DNA from: Octopus sinensis
Taxonomy: Eukaryota
Length of the DNA: 64,000 bases
Direction: 5' to 3'
Assembly: GCF_006345805.1 (NCBI RefSeq)
Contig: NW_021831850.1
Coordinates: 62,001 to 126,000 of the forward strand
The notes beneath the pieces were generated by a model. That model was not told the origin of the DNA, made no database searches, and was given only the letters and a program-made list of their open reading frames with translations. How positions within the stretch are numbered: the stretch's first letter is position 1; each line of letters begins with the position of its first letter. A program made the translations under genes and the position numbers. This document shows positions 42,701-57,200 of the stretch, one piece after another.

Positions 42701-43700
42701 GAAAGGGATGGGTGTGAATGGTTACCAACCCAGTCTTCAATGAATTGGACCTTCCATTTTTGTGCATTGATGGAAGGGCTGACACCTTGTGCATTGAGTA
42801 GGAATGTGGAGGTTAGTGTAGTGGCTGGTTTTGACTGTTGCAGGGGGCTTGGATTTTTTGTGCGTTAGTGGCAGCAATGTGGGGATTGGTGCACTGGGGT
42901 AATAGCATAGGATGGTGTTGAGTGATGGCTAGAATGTTTTTGCGTATCTCTTTTGCCATGTTCAACATGGCTAAAAAAGAATTTTCCTGCTTAGGGAGCA
43001 GTTTTTGGCTGGAGGTGTGGTTGCACTGTTGGATAGGGTTGTAGTTTCCACTTTTGTTGTTGTTGTTTTTGTGTCTTCCTGAAAAGACTGGACCAGCATT
43101 ACTGCAGCATGGTGTGTTTCTATTTTTATTTTTATTCAGGTTTGTGTGTTGGCTTGAAGCCCCATTTCTGTTTGTGCGTCGGGTCCCTGGAAGATGAGTG
43201 AAGGGACAGTCACTCAGCAGACATGTTTTCTCTCACGTTGGGAATACCGGCAGATTTTGGGACTCCGAGTTGTGTGTGTTTTGAATTTCGATTTACTATT
43301 TGGTGGTGTTGATGTTATTGTGGGATGCGTGCTTTGGCCTTGGCCGGTAGTGCGTCTAGTGCCGGGTAGATGCGTGAAGATGCAGTCACTATTTGTGCAG
43401 AGTCTCTGGCGCAGTGAATAGCGGCATATTTGGGGATTTCTTGTTTGTGCCGTGGGGGGCGCATTCTGCTTCCTATGTTTCTTTAAGTTTTTGTTACTGC
43501 AGTAGTATTGGGGTGGTGATGTGGGGAAAGAGGGCAGTGGTTTCTCATTTGGTTTTCTGTTGGTATTTTTAGTGATAGAAGACGATGGTGGCAGCGGTGG
43601 TGATGATGATGATGATAATTGTGGTGGTTGCCGTGAGAGCGGTGAAAAGATACTGGCATTTAGTGAATCATCTGGTAAGCTAGAGTTGAGGAGTGGCTGT
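39778..43700 (-). mobile_element. CR1-group LINE: ORF1 with CCCH fingers, APE endonuclease and RT; disrupted
   Basis: APE (ETH, IRADR..RRKGGTA, GLYRPP, MGDFNLP, LDLVF) and RT (YRPISLTSH, YLDFSKAFD, GVPQGTVLG, FADD). 3' tail ends in (ATCAAAGT)3. Confidence 0.92.
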
Positions 43701-43714
43701 TGTTGTTCTTGTTG

Positions 43715-43824
<110 letters not shown>

Positions 43825-43870
43825 TATATATATATCTATAAAATTCTCTGTGGAGAGACGTTTTGAACAC

Positions 43871-43902
<32 letters not shown>

Positions 43903-43939
43903 AAATTCACTGTGAAGAGACATTTTGTACTCTGTATAT

Positions 43940-43998
<59 letters not shown>

Positions 43999-44354
43999 CA
44001 CAGAGGGGAGACTTTTTGAACACTGTGTATATATATTTAAAATTCACTGTGTATATATATATATATACATAAAATTCACTACGGAGAGACTTTTGGACAC
44101 TAAAATTCACTGTAGAGAGACTTTTTGAACACTGTGTGTTTATATATATATATAAAATTCACATTGGAGAGTCTTTTTGAACACTGTAAATATATGTATA
44201 TATATGTAAAATTCACTGTGGAGAGACGTTTTCAACACTGTGTGTATATATATAAATGTATAAAATTCCCTGTGGAAAGACTTTTTGAACAGTGTGTGTA
44301 TATATATATAAAATTCACTGTGTAGAGACATTTGAACGCTGTATATATATATAT

Positions 44355-44424
<70 letters not shown>

Positions 44425-44481
44425 TATATATAGATATATATATATATATAAAAGTCACTGTGGAGAAACTTTTCGAACACA

Positions 44482-44535
<54 letters not shown>

Positions 44536-44567
44536 TACTGTGGAGAGACTTTTTGAACACTGTGTAA

Positions 44568-44599
<32 letters not shown>

Positions 44600-44630
44600 C
44601 ACTGTGGTGAGACTTTTTCAACACTGTGTA

Positions 44631-45452
44631 TATCATCATCATCATCATCATCATCGTTTAATGTCCGTTCTCGATGCTAGCATGGGTTGGACGGTTCGAC
44701 CGGGGATCTGGGAAGCCAGAAGGCTGCACCAGGCTCCAGTCTTATCTGGCATTGTTTCTACAGCTGGATGCCCTTCCTAACGCCAACCACTCCGTGAGTG
44801 TAGTGGGTGCTTTTTACGTGCCACCTGCACAGGTGCCAGGCGAGGCTGGCAATGGCCACAGTCGGATTGGTGTATTTTACGTGCCACCGGCACGGAAGCC
44901 AGTGGAGGCGTTGCTGGCATCGGCCACGAGTCGGATAGTGCTTTTTACGTACCACCAGACCAGGGATCCTGGCTGGTTCAATTCGATTTTGCTTTCGCTT
45001 GCCCCAACATGTCTTCGCAAGCAAAGGGGGTTGGCATGGGCGCCTGTCGTCAGATGAGGTTCTATATCGACTTCGCTTGCCTCAACAGGTCTTTGTGTCC
45101 AAGGGAGGAAAGGCATTCATAAGTGGGCTGGGCTCACTTGTCCTGCCTGGTCTTCTCACGTACAGCATATTTCCAAAGGTCTCGGTCGCTGGTCATTTCC
45201 TCAGTGAGGCCTAAAGTTCGAAGGCCGTGCTTCACCACCTCGTCCCAGGTTTTCCTGGGTCTACCTCTTCCACGGGTTCCCTCAACTGCTAGGGATTGGC
45301 ACTTTCTCACACACCTATCTTCGTCCATTCTCGCCAAATGACCATACCAGCGCAATCGTCTCTCTTGCACACCACAACTGATGCTTCTTAGGTACAACAT
45401 TTCTCTCAAGGTACTAACGCTCTGTCGAGTATGTACACTGACATTATACATT
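44631..45452 (-). mobile_element. RTE-clade LINE 3' fragment with (GAT)n tail
   Basis: RRLRWYGHLARM...RGRGRPRKTW C-terminus and long 3'UTR. The satellite resumes mid-unit (TTTTGAACACTG at 45504), consistent with a ~18-bp TSD. Confidence 0.9.
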
Positions 45453-45512
45453 CCTCACGAGCATACTGGCTTCATTCCTCACGAGCTTACGCATGTCCTC
45501 AGCTTTTGAACA

Positions 45513-45595
<83 letters not shown>

Positions 45596-45678
45596 GGTCC
45601 CGGGTTTATTCGGGGTTAACCACAGTAAATAAGGTACTCAATACATAGCAGAGTAAAATTAATTTATTATATAGAAGG

Positions 45679-45729
45679 AGCTTCTACAGGACTAGAACTG
45701 TTTCATTCAAGAGAAATCTTCAGGAAGCT
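45679..45729 (-). ncRNA. Type I hammerhead ribozyme
   Basis: Reverse complement of 51206-51256. Confidence 0.7.
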
Positions 45730-47234
45730 AGTTAACAAGAATTGTATTGGCATTTATACATTTAGGCAGGTTTAAAGGGGTGGTGGGGGGGACTTTTTGG
45801 GGGTAGGCATAGCGCAAAATATCATACTTGGGGGAGTGGTCAAGGAGTCAGTGGTAAATTAGATAAAAGAATAAATAAAAAAATATATATAAAAAAGAAT
45901 AGAGTTTTAGGTAAATAAGGAGATTCTCACTTATACCTATACACATATGTATACATATATACACACACACATACATACATATATACATACACACATACAT
46001 ACACACACACACATATACATATATATACACATACACATACATATACATATCTACACATACACACATATATATATATATAACATACACTCACTCACATGCA
46101 TACACGTATACACACATGTATATATACACAAACGACCACACATACATATACACACAGAAAAATATATATACATACACACATACACACATGCACACACAGC
46201 ACACTAGTCCCTATATACACATATATACACATACACACATATATACATACACATACATACACATACATATATATATATATATATATACATATGTGTACCT
46301 ATACATACCTACATACACACATATATATACATACAATACAGACCCATTCCCTAATTTTAATTTTATATCTTCATTTATTACTTTTGTTATCTTTGACGCT
46401 GGTCCCAAGGATCTTGGCTATAACAGCAAGTCCATTTATCTGTCTACTTGAAAACAAGCACTCATTCACGCACGCACACTCATTAGCACGTACACTCACT
46501 CATTCGTACACTCATACGCATACACGCACGCACGCGTTATATTCATACATACATACATCTACATACATTCACGTATATACACATACGTACGCGTACCTAC
46601 AGATTCATGTCTACACTCTTAGAAGGCTAGTCTATACATATACACCAATAAATATATATATATACACACATACACATACACCTACATACAAATACACACA
46701 CATATATATATATACATATATATATATACATACATATATATACACATATATATACATATATATATATATATACAAATATATATACACACATATATATACA
46801 CACATACACATACATACATATACACACATACACATACATACGTATACATACATACATACATCCATACATCCATACATACATACATTTATACACATACACA
46901 CACCCATATATATATATATACACACACATACATACATATACATACATACATATACAATATACGCACAACAACATACATACATACACATATACACATGCAC
47001 GCACATACACATGTACATGCGTACCCATACACACACACACACACGCGCATCCATATATACACACACACATATACATGTGTGCAAACATACATACATACTC
47101 ATACACGCACACACACTTACATATACATATATGCACACACTTACACACATATATACATACACATATACATACATACATACATACATATATGCATACATAC
47201 ACACATATATATATACATACATACATATACACAT

Positions 47235-48575
47235 ATCGAGGATTACTACGCCTCCATATCGGAGAGCTTGCTGATCGACGCGATTAACTTCGCCAGGAGG
47301 TCCTCCACAATCACCGAGGCCGAGCAAGATGTGATCCTCCACGCACGTAAGACTTTTCTTTTCTATGACGGATCCCACTGGATCAACAAAAAATCTGTGA
47401 CCCCCTTCGACGTCAGCATGGGTGCTAACGACTCTGCTGAAATAAGTGACCTAGTGGGCCTTTTCATCCTCCATAGGCTGAAAACCCTATTCACAGGCCT
47501 CTCCGGTGGTCTTTACCGCGATGACGGCCTTTTCGCCCTCCACAAAATAAACCCCAGGACCACGGATGGGTTCCGGAAAAATCTTTACACCTTCTTAAAA
47601 ACTTAGGCCTTAGGATTACCTTAGAATCCAACTTAACAAAAGCTAACTTCCTTGATGTCACCCTCGACTTAAAAACCTCACTTTATTACCCGTACCACAA
47701 ACCGAATGAATCCCTTAGATATATAGATATTAATTCCAACCACCCCAAAAATATATTAGATAACCTAGTAAAAAGTGTCTCAATTAGAATTTCTAGCCTG
47801 TCCGCCACGGAAGATATCTTTAAGGCCGCAGCCCCCTATTACAACGAGGCCCTGGCCCGCAGTGGCTTTAAAGATAAGATTACCTATACTAGTATAGCCC
47901 CACGCCAACCCAGGAAAAATAGACGAAGACACATTAGCTGGTACAACCCCCCCTTCAACCGTGAGGTCGCTACACCTGTAGCTAAAATCTTCTTCACTCT
48001 CCTACAGAAACACTTCCCCACCCAACATAAGTACTACACTATCCTAAATAAGAACACTATTAGACTCTCCTACTCTACCACGCCCAATCTAGCCAGGAAC
48101 CTAGCCAACAACAATGTGAAAAAACTTAACATATCTACTTTTTCCGAGGCCCATCCAACGTCCGATAGCAATTACAACCTGCCCTGATAAAACCACCTGC
48201 CCCCTCAACAACAACTGCCTACAGAGGGACCTAGTATATACATGCGAGGTAAGATCAGGCCCTGACGATAAAAGAAAATCCTACATCGGAATGACGTCAA
48301 ACAGCTTTAAGACCCGTTGGTACGCACACACACACTCGTTCCGGCGACAGGATAAATCCAACCAAACTACCCTCGCCGCCCACATCTGGTACCTTAAAAG
48401 GAACTCAATCCCCTTCAAGACCAAGTGGAAACTACTACAGAAGGCGCGCTCGTACACAGGAGGCCATACCTGCTGTGACCTCTGCATATCGGAGAGCCTA
48501 GAGATCTTGTTCGCCAAAGGGCCTCTCCTTAACAAATTCTCAGAACACTCCCCAAATTGCATGCATAAGAAGTAA
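47235..48575 (+). pseudogene. PLE reverse transcriptase plus C-terminal GIY-YIG endonuclease, 5'-truncated and frameshifted
   Basis: IEDYYASI, FDVSMGANDSAE, GLYRDDGL, NFLDVTL, SNHP, WYNPP, LVY...YIGMTSNSFKTRW..H..SF and CDLC..E...LNK...C.H motifs. Confidence 0.9.
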
Positions 48576-49297
48576 GCGAACTACAAGAACTATAGACCTA
48601 CCCGGCAACCAGATTGATGACACCCCACCCACAAAACCCCCCCAATCCCACCGTTCCCCTAGCACCCCCGATTACCTTTTCTCCTAAGACCTTTCACATA
48701 TTGTATGTGCACGCTTGTATATGTGTATCGTATATATGTATAGAAATGTATGGGTATAGTAGGAATATACGCATGTATTATGTGTGTGTGTGTATGTATG
48801 TAAAAATATAATATATATATATATGTATGTGCGTGTGTGTGTGTGTGTGTATATATGTATATATGTATATATGTATATATGTATGTATGTATATATATGT
48901 GTGTATGCATATGTATGTGTATATGTATGTGTGTATGTATGTGTATGTATGTATAAAATATTATATAATTAGGGCTTAGTAAAATAAATTACTTTGCCAC
49001 ATACTGAACTTTCTAGAAATAGCAGCCAAAAAAGTTTTTTAGCCTCTTCCACTACTTAGAGAATATTTTCCCTCAGACATTGTTTACTCAAAATAATAAT
49101 GGTCCTTTTACATACTGAATACTTGGTGAAATTGATTAATAACTAATTAACTTTACCCTCAATTGTTGATATATGTATGTGTGTGTATATATATGTATAT
49201 GTGTATATATATATGTACATGTATGTATATGTGTATGTATGTATATATATGTGTATGTATGTATATATATGTGTATGTATGTATATATATATATGTA

Positions 49298-49350
<53 letters not shown>

Positions 49351-49568
49351 ATATGTGTATTATGTATATATTTATATATATATGTGTATATGTATATGTA
49401 TGTGTGTGTGTATATGTAGATATGTGTATATATATGAGTGTACGCGAGTATGTCGATGTATATGTAGGTATGTAGAGTTATGTGTATGTGCATGTATGTG
49501 AGTGTAGATACAAATTGTAGATGTGTATATATATATGTGTGTGTATATATACATGTATATAGGTATAT

Positions 49569-49600
<32 letters not shown>

Positions 49601-50626
49601 GTATATGCGAGTATGTAGAGATATAAGTATGTGCATGTGTATATATATGTGTGTATATATATGTATAGGTATGTGTATGTGTATGTATGTATATATATAT
49701 GTGTGTGTGTGTATGTATGCATATATGTATGTATGTATGTATGTATATGTGTATGTATATATGTGTGTAAGTGTGTGCATATATGTATATGTAAGTGTGT
49801 GTGTGCGTGTATGAGTATGTATGTATGTTTGCACACATGTATATGTGTGTGTGTGTAAATATGGATGCGCGTGTGTGTGTGTGTGTATGGGTACGCATGT
49901 ACATGTGTATGTGCGTGTATGTGTATATGTGTATGTATGTATGTGTGTGCGTATATTTGTATATGTATGTATGTATATGTATGTATGTGTGTGTATATAT
50001 ATATATATATGGGTGTGTGTATGTGTATAAATGTATGTATGTATGGATGTATGGATGTATGTATGTATGTATACGTATGTATGTGTATGTGTGTATATGT
50101 ATGTATGTGTATGTGTGTATATATGTGTGTATATATTTGTGTATATATATATATATGTATATATATGTGTATATATATGTATGTATATATATATATGTAT
50201 ATATATATATATGTGTGTGTATTTGTATGTAGGTGTATGTGTATGTGTGTATATATATATATTTATTGGTGTATATGTATAGACTAGCCTTCTAAGAGTG
50301 TAGACATGAATCTGTAGGTACGCGTACGTATGTGTATATACGTGAATGTATGTAGATGTATGTATGTATGAATATAACGCGTGCGTGCGTGTATGTGTAT
50401 GAGTGTACGAATGAGTGAGTGTACGTGCTAATGAGTGTGCGTGCGTGAATGAGTGCTTGTTTTCAAGTAGACAGATAAATGGACTTGCTGTTATAGCCAA
50501 GATCCTTGGGACCAGCGGTCAAAGATAACAAAAGTAATAAATGAAGATAATAAAATTAAAATTAGGGAATGGGTCTGTATTTGTATGTATATATATGTGT
50601 GTATGTGTAGGTATGTATAGGTACAC

Positions 50627-50666
<40 letters not shown>

Positions 50667-51205
50667 ATGTATGTGTATGTATATATATGTGTGTATGTGT
50701 ATATATGTGTATATAGGGACTAGTGTGCTGTGTGTGCATGTGTGTATGTGTGTATGTATATATATTTTTCTGTGTGTATATGTATGTGTGGTCGTTTGTG
50801 TATATATACATGTGTGTATACGTGTATGCATGTGAGTGAGTGTATGTATATATATATATATATGTGTGTGTATGTGTAGATATGTATATGTATGTGTATG
50901 TGTATATATATGTATATGTGTGTGTGTATGTATGTGTGTATGTATATATGTATGTATGTGCGTGTATATATGTATACATATGTGTATAGGTATAAGTGAG
51001 AATCTCCTTATTTACCTAAAACTCTATTCTTTTTTATATATATTTTTTTATTTTTTTATTTATTCTTTTATCTAATTTACCACTGACTCCTTGACCACTC
51101 CCCAAAGTATGATATTTTGCGCTATGCCTACCCCCAAAAAGTCCCCCACCACCACCCCTTTAAACCTGCCTAAATGTATAAATGCCAATACAATTCTTGT
51201 TAACT

Positions 51206-51256
51206 AGCTTCCTGAAGATTTCTCTTGAATGAAACAGTTCTAGTCCTGTAGAAGCT
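51206..51256 (+). ncRNA. Type I hammerhead ribozyme
   Basis: AGCTTC CTGAAGA TTTC-TCTT-GAAT GAA ACAG-TTCTAGTC-CTGT A GAAGCT. GUA site (51250), U10.1-U11.1 mismatch. Confidence 0.7.
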
Positions 51257-51267
51257 CCTTCTATATA

Positions 51268-51307
<40 letters not shown>

Positions 51308-51397
51308 CACTGTGGAGAGACTTTTTGAACAGTGTGAATATATATATATATATAATATATATATATAGGAAAAAAGCAACAAGAATGGATTAAAATC

Positions 51398-51481
51398 TCG
51401 GTACGATCGTTTCGTACGAGGACATCTTTAATAAGCTACAAAAAATGCAGTGAATACAGATGGCTCGTACTCGTCAGCCGA
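51398..51481 (-). ncRNA. Type I hammerhead ribozyme
   Basis: Reverse complement of 53422-53505 with one loop substitution. Confidence 0.88.
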
Positions 51482-53421
51482 AAAAACATCAGAGAATTTC
51501 CAAACATCAAAAGGGGTAGATACAAAAGAGATTGTAAGATTAGCTGCATTGAAGAAAGTTCGATTCGTGGAGATCCGATGAAAGGTTTTAAACCTATAGA
51601 ATTTATGCATGTCTACATATAGCTCATATTGAATATTTGATCAAGTTGTGTGAAGGAATTTTCGGATACAGTCATGCAAAATTTCTGAAAATCCGAGTAA
51701 GAGGCAAAGTGACTGCCATATCATGTAGAGGAAAGTCTGAGTAAAAGTAAAGTGACTGTCATATCGTGTAGAGGAACAGATTGTTATTGAAATTTACAAG
51801 AATCGCAGATAAGTTCGATTTTTTGGAGATCCGATGAAAAAGTCTTGAACTTACAAAATATGTGTATGTCCTTATAGTTCATAATCCAGTTTTGTGAAGA
51901 GATTTAGGTTACAATCATGCGAAAAATATCAGGGAATCCGAATGAGAAGCAAAATGACAGTCTTATATTGTAGCGGTTCAGGTTGTTAATGAATTTATCA
52001 AGAATCACAGAAAGAGGAGGAAGGAGGTAGAAATTTAATCAGTTACTGCTATTTAAGCTGTCAAAGAGAAAGGAAAGGGGAAGCTAAGGGGATGGGCACA
52101 AGTTGATACTAACAGAAAAGTCTAAGTTTGTTTAGAACAAAATTCGAACTGAGGTCAACAATTTATTTCTTTAATTATAAATGTTACTATTAATAGATTG
52201 TCAGGTTACAAAGAGGCCATTAGAAAGGAAAGAAAAATGGGGTTGCTTTTAAATGAAATTAAACAATTATATTATTATTATACTATACTATAATACACTA
52301 CACTATATTATATTATATTATTTTGATATATTATATCACATCACAATACTCTACGATAGGTCTGGGATTAGCAGAATTAATTTTTAGTGTAAAAGAAATT
52401 AAGAGATTTAACTAACTAATATTTGTAATGGTTTAAAACCCATTACAAATATTAGTTAGTTAAATCTCTTAATTTCTTAAAACCCATTACAAATATTAGT
52501 TAGTTAAATCTCTTAATTTCTTTTAACACTGAAAATTAATTCTGCTAATCCGACCTATCGTAGTGTATTGTGATGTGATATAATATATCAAAATAATATA
52601 ATATAATATAGTGTAGTGTATTATAGTATAGTATAATTGTTTAATTTCATTTAAAAACAACCCCATTTTTCTTTCCTTTCTAATGACCTCTTTGTAACCT
52701 GACAATCTATTAATAGTAACATTTATAATTAAAGAAATAAATTGTTGACCTCAGTTCGAATTTTGTTCTAAACAAACTTAGACTTTTCTGTTAGTATCAA
52801 CTTGTGCCCATCCCCTTAGCTTCCCCTTTCCTTTCTCTTTGACAGCTTAAATAGCAGTAACTGATTAAATTTCTACCTCCTTCCTCCTCTTTCTGTGATT
52901 CTTGATAAATTCATTAACAACCTGAACCGCTACAATATAAGACTGTCATTTTGCTTCTCATTCGGATTCCCTGATATTTTCCGCATGATTGTACCCTAAA
53001 TCTCTTCACAAAACTGGATTATGAACTATAAGGACATACACATATTTTGTAAGTTCAAGACTTTTTCATCGGATCTCCAAAAAATCGAACTTATCTGCGA
53101 TTCTTGTAAATTTCAATAACAATCTGTTCCTCTACACGATATGACAGTCACTTTGCTTTTACTCAGACTTTCCTCTACATGATATGGCAGTCACTTTGCC
53201 TCTTACTCGGATTTTCAGAAATTTTGCATGACTGTATCCGAAAATTCCTTCACACAACTTGATCAAATATTCTATATGAGCTATATGTAGACATGCATAA
53301 ATTCTATAGGTTTAAAACCTTTCATCGGATCTCCACGAATCGAACTTTCTTCAATGCAGCTAATCTTACAATCTCTTTTGTATCTACCCCTTTTGATGTT
53401 TGGGAATTCTCTGATGTTTTT

Positions 53422-53505
53422 TCGGCTGACGAGTACGAGCCATCTGTATTCACTGCATTTCTTGTAGCTTATTAAAGATGTCCTCGTACGAAACGATCGT
53501 ACCGA
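53422..53505 (+). ncRNA. Type I hammerhead ribozyme with extended stem II
   Basis: TCGG CTGACGA GTACGAG-(43 nt)-CTCGTAC GAA ACGATCGT A CCGA. Canonical G10.1-C11.1, palindromic stem III, GUA site (53501). Confidence 0.88.
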
Positions 53506-53716
53506 GATTTTAATCCATTCTTGTTGCTTTTTTCCTATTTGTAATCACCCCACTTGTCGTATGGTTAACACCATATAGATTTCCGGTGCATCCTAGTTAA
53601 GGACCATATTCAAGTGAATTCTTTAGAATTCACTAGAATCTCAATTACTTAACCGTACATATATATATATATGTAATATATATATAAAATTCGCTGTGGA
53701 AAGACTTTTTGAACAC

Positions 53717-53762
<46 letters not shown>

Positions 53763-53900
53763 TATATATATATATATATTATATATAATATATATATATA
53801 TATATATATTCTATATATCATATATATAGATATTATATATATAACTATATATATATATATATATATATTTAAATATGGAAAGATTTTTGAACACTCTGTG

Positions 53901-53944
<44 letters not shown>

Positions 53945-53980
53945 AAAAATTCACTGTGGAGAGACTTTTTGAACACTGTG

Positions 53981-54020
<40 letters not shown>

Positions 54021-54149
54021 TTTACTGTCGAAGACCTTTTGAACACTGTGTATGTATATATTTATATAAAATTCACTGTGGAGAGACTTTTGAAAACTAT
54101 ATATATATATTATATATATATATAATTCACTGGGGAGAGACTTTAAACA

Positions 54150-54202
<53 letters not shown>

Positions 54203-54213
54203 ATATATATATG

Positions 54214-54246
<33 letters not shown>

Positions 54247-57200
54247 AATATATATATATATATAAAATTCACTGTAGAGAGACGTTTTGAACTCGGTATA
54301 TAAATCCTTAAAAATGTTTTAGCCCGAAGGCCGCGGCCATGCTGGGGCACCACCGATGAATGAGCTACACTAATTTGTGAATCTACCTGTGATACGTGGC
54401 ACTTGATCAACAAGGGAGTTCGATTCTGCTGCCCGCATCCGCGTCTCCTGTCGTGAGGTAGGCTCATCTGGGACTCCCAACAAGAAGAGATCCAGTTTAG
54501 TTTTAAAGAAACCCACATCCACACCATGTAAGTCTCACAGGCATTTAGGGAGGATGTTAAATAGCTGTGGTCCTCTGAAACCCAAGCTGTTGCAGTATCT
54601 GGACCTGTATTTTGATGGTGATGTTGGAATCCTTGGCACCATGCAGTGGCGCCCCGTTCTGCGGTTGGAGTAACTTTGAATGCCAAAGTTTGGGACAAGA
54701 CCCTCCAGGATTTTCCAGATGTATATCACCGCATATCTCTCCCGCCTCCGCTTTAGGGAGAAGAGGTTTAATACCTTCAGTCTTTCCCAGTAGCTGATAT
54801 TTTGCATTGAGACGATTTTCTTTGTGTAGCTTCTCTGAATTGCTTCGAGTTCTGCTGTTAGTTTTATATTGTGTGGTGACCAAAGTTGGGAGCAGTAGTC
54901 CAAGCGGCTGAGGACGAATGTTTTCCATAGGACCATCAGTGTCTCCTTCTCTCCTGTTCTGAAAGTTCGGAGAATCCATCCAGCCAACCGTCTGCATTTT
55001 ATCACCAGATTAGCAATATGCATTTGGAAAGATGCATCATTGCTCATGTCAATGCCCAGGTCACGCACTGATTTTGACTCAGGGATTGCAATTCTTCCTG
55101 GGCCAGTGTATTCAGTCTTCACGTCATTTACCTTTGTGTGCCAGTAACGCAGGGCCTGGAACTTACCTGCATTAAACTGCATGCTGTTGTCCTCAGCCCA
55201 CCTGTATATTGTGTCCAGCTCATGTTGCAGATGCGCAATATTTTCAGGGTTTTGTATTGCGTGGGAGACTTTTGTGTCATCTGCATAGCTAGCAAGGGTG
55301 GTCATCGTAGCAACTGAAGGCATGTCTGAAAGGGCCACTATGAACATCAGTGTCCCCAAGACAGTGCCCTGTGGGACACCGCTTGTTATTTGCGTTTCCT
55401 TGGAGGTGGCTCCATTGCTCACAACTGCCTGTTTTCTGTCTTTTAGGAAGTTGTGCAGCCACTCTCCAAGTTTCCCGCCTATGCCGAGACCACGCAGTTT
55501 GTGACAGATCATACCATGGTCGACTTTATCAAAGGCTTTTGCAAAGTCGAGATATATTACATCCACATTTGAGCCATTTAGTAGCTGTTTCAACACCCAG
55601 TCATAGTGTTGCAGGAGCTGTGTTAGGCAGCCTCTACCTGGTCGAAATCCATGCTGGGTGTCAGACAGCAAGTCATTTTCTTCAAGGAACATGATTAGTT
55701 TCTTACGGACTATTCGTTCCATGACTTTGCTGATGTGTGAGGTCAGAGAGATAGGCCTATAATTTTTAGCATCTGCTCTGCTACCTTCCTTATGGATAGG
55801 GCATATTACCCCCTCTTTCAATTTGACTGGGAGCTTACCACTTGCAAGAAAGCTCTGAAAAAGAAGCTGTAGCGGTTTTGCAAGGGCTCGTTTGCACGAT
55901 TTGAGAAGGATCGCTGGGAATCCATCAGGTCCAGCAGCTGAGTTTGTGTCAATCTCATCAATGGCTAGTGTGATATCATCATCTTCGATGTTGATGTACT
56001 CAATTTTTGTCTCTTTGGCCGCAGGTAAAGTGGCAAAGAATTCTTCTGGGTTGTTTACTTGCCTGTGTCCTAGAGGTGTAGTGAACCCACTTTGGAACTT
56101 TTCGTTCAGTATTTCACTTATCCTCGTGGGATTTCCTGTAAGAGAGCCATCTTTTTGGAAGAGAGGTCCTATTCTCTGGTGCACTGCGGCTGTCTCTTTG
56201 GCAAACTTAAAGAAAGCTTTAGGGTTTGATTTTATATTTTATATTACCCAAGCTTCTTTATATGCTCTCTCCTTTTCATGGGACTGATGTAGACTTTTCT
56301 CAGTTTCCATTAGCATTCTTTCGAGCCGAGACTTCTCACCACTTTTGGTGTGCTTGCTCAGGCGGTTTGCAATCCTTGTCCGTCGTCTCATAAGAATCCT
56401 CCTTTCTCTAGGGATCCTGTTTTTGTTCTTGTGTGTGCTGGCCCTGCACACTGGGACATATTTGTCACATATGGCTTGTATTATGGACATGAAGTGTTTG
56501 TGTTTCATGTTTATGTCCGGTGTGGAGAGACATTCAGGCCAATTCTGTTTGAGGATCTCTTTCTCAATCAACTTCCAGTTGGCTTTATGAAAGTTTAAGT
56601 TGGAGAGATGGTGGGTGCTTCGTATAGGCTGTGTGTCTACGGGGGATTTTGTTCCATACATAGACAGCTCTATTATGTTGTGATCCGAGATCATTGTCGG
56701 CATCACATTAACATTATGGATAATATCCATATTGTTTGTGAAGCAGAGATCCAGTATATTATCTGCCCTTGTTGGTTGCAGAACTATTTGCTCCATGAAA
56801 GAGGCATTTGTGAGATGGAGCAGGGACTCCACCTGTGCCTGCTGATGGTGTGTCATCCCTGGGAGCATCTGCCCCCCAGGCCATTCCACATTGGGGAGGT
56901 TAAAGTTACCCATGAAGAATACACTGTTGTGCTGTTCAAGGTTGGTGAGGATTCTCCTATTTTTGTTAGGCAGTCTTCAAACATGCCTGAGTGTTTTGGG
57001 GCATCTGGTGGGCGATATGTAGTGCATATGATGATATTCAGTTGTCGTATGTGTACAATTTGAGTTTCACATACTGAGTTTGAATATGACAGCAGGACCT
57101 GGGGCGTGAGGTCATCTCGGATGTACATTGCAACTCCACCATGGCTCCTCCCTTTTCTATCTGTGCGTATGACTGCATATTGCGGCATGTGTATTTCTGC

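Larger units (their letters stand above)
45597..51272 (+). mobile_element. Penelope-like element composite: inverted copy of 3' end (about 45597-47232) plus 5'-truncated element (47235-51272)
   Basis: 45662-47232 is the reverse complement of about 49670-51272. The arms flank an RT-GIY-YIG ORF, and each arm carries a hammerhead near its outer end. Confidence 0.8.
51366..53537. repeat. ~2.2-kb near-perfect palindrome (arms ~1.07 kb), a head-to-head PLE-type pseudo-LTR pair
   Basis: ORF-track twins 51428-51610(-) and 53293-53475(+). Apex at about 52435, with a 44-bp tandem duplication at 52435-52522. Confidence 0.9.

Noticed and set aside
47235-48575. Assignment to the N-terminal-endonuclease (Naiad/Chlamys) PLEs or selenocysteine recoding
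   Set aside because: GIY-YIG is C-terminal here and the breaks are frameshifts. I saw no in-frame TGA at conserved Cys positions.
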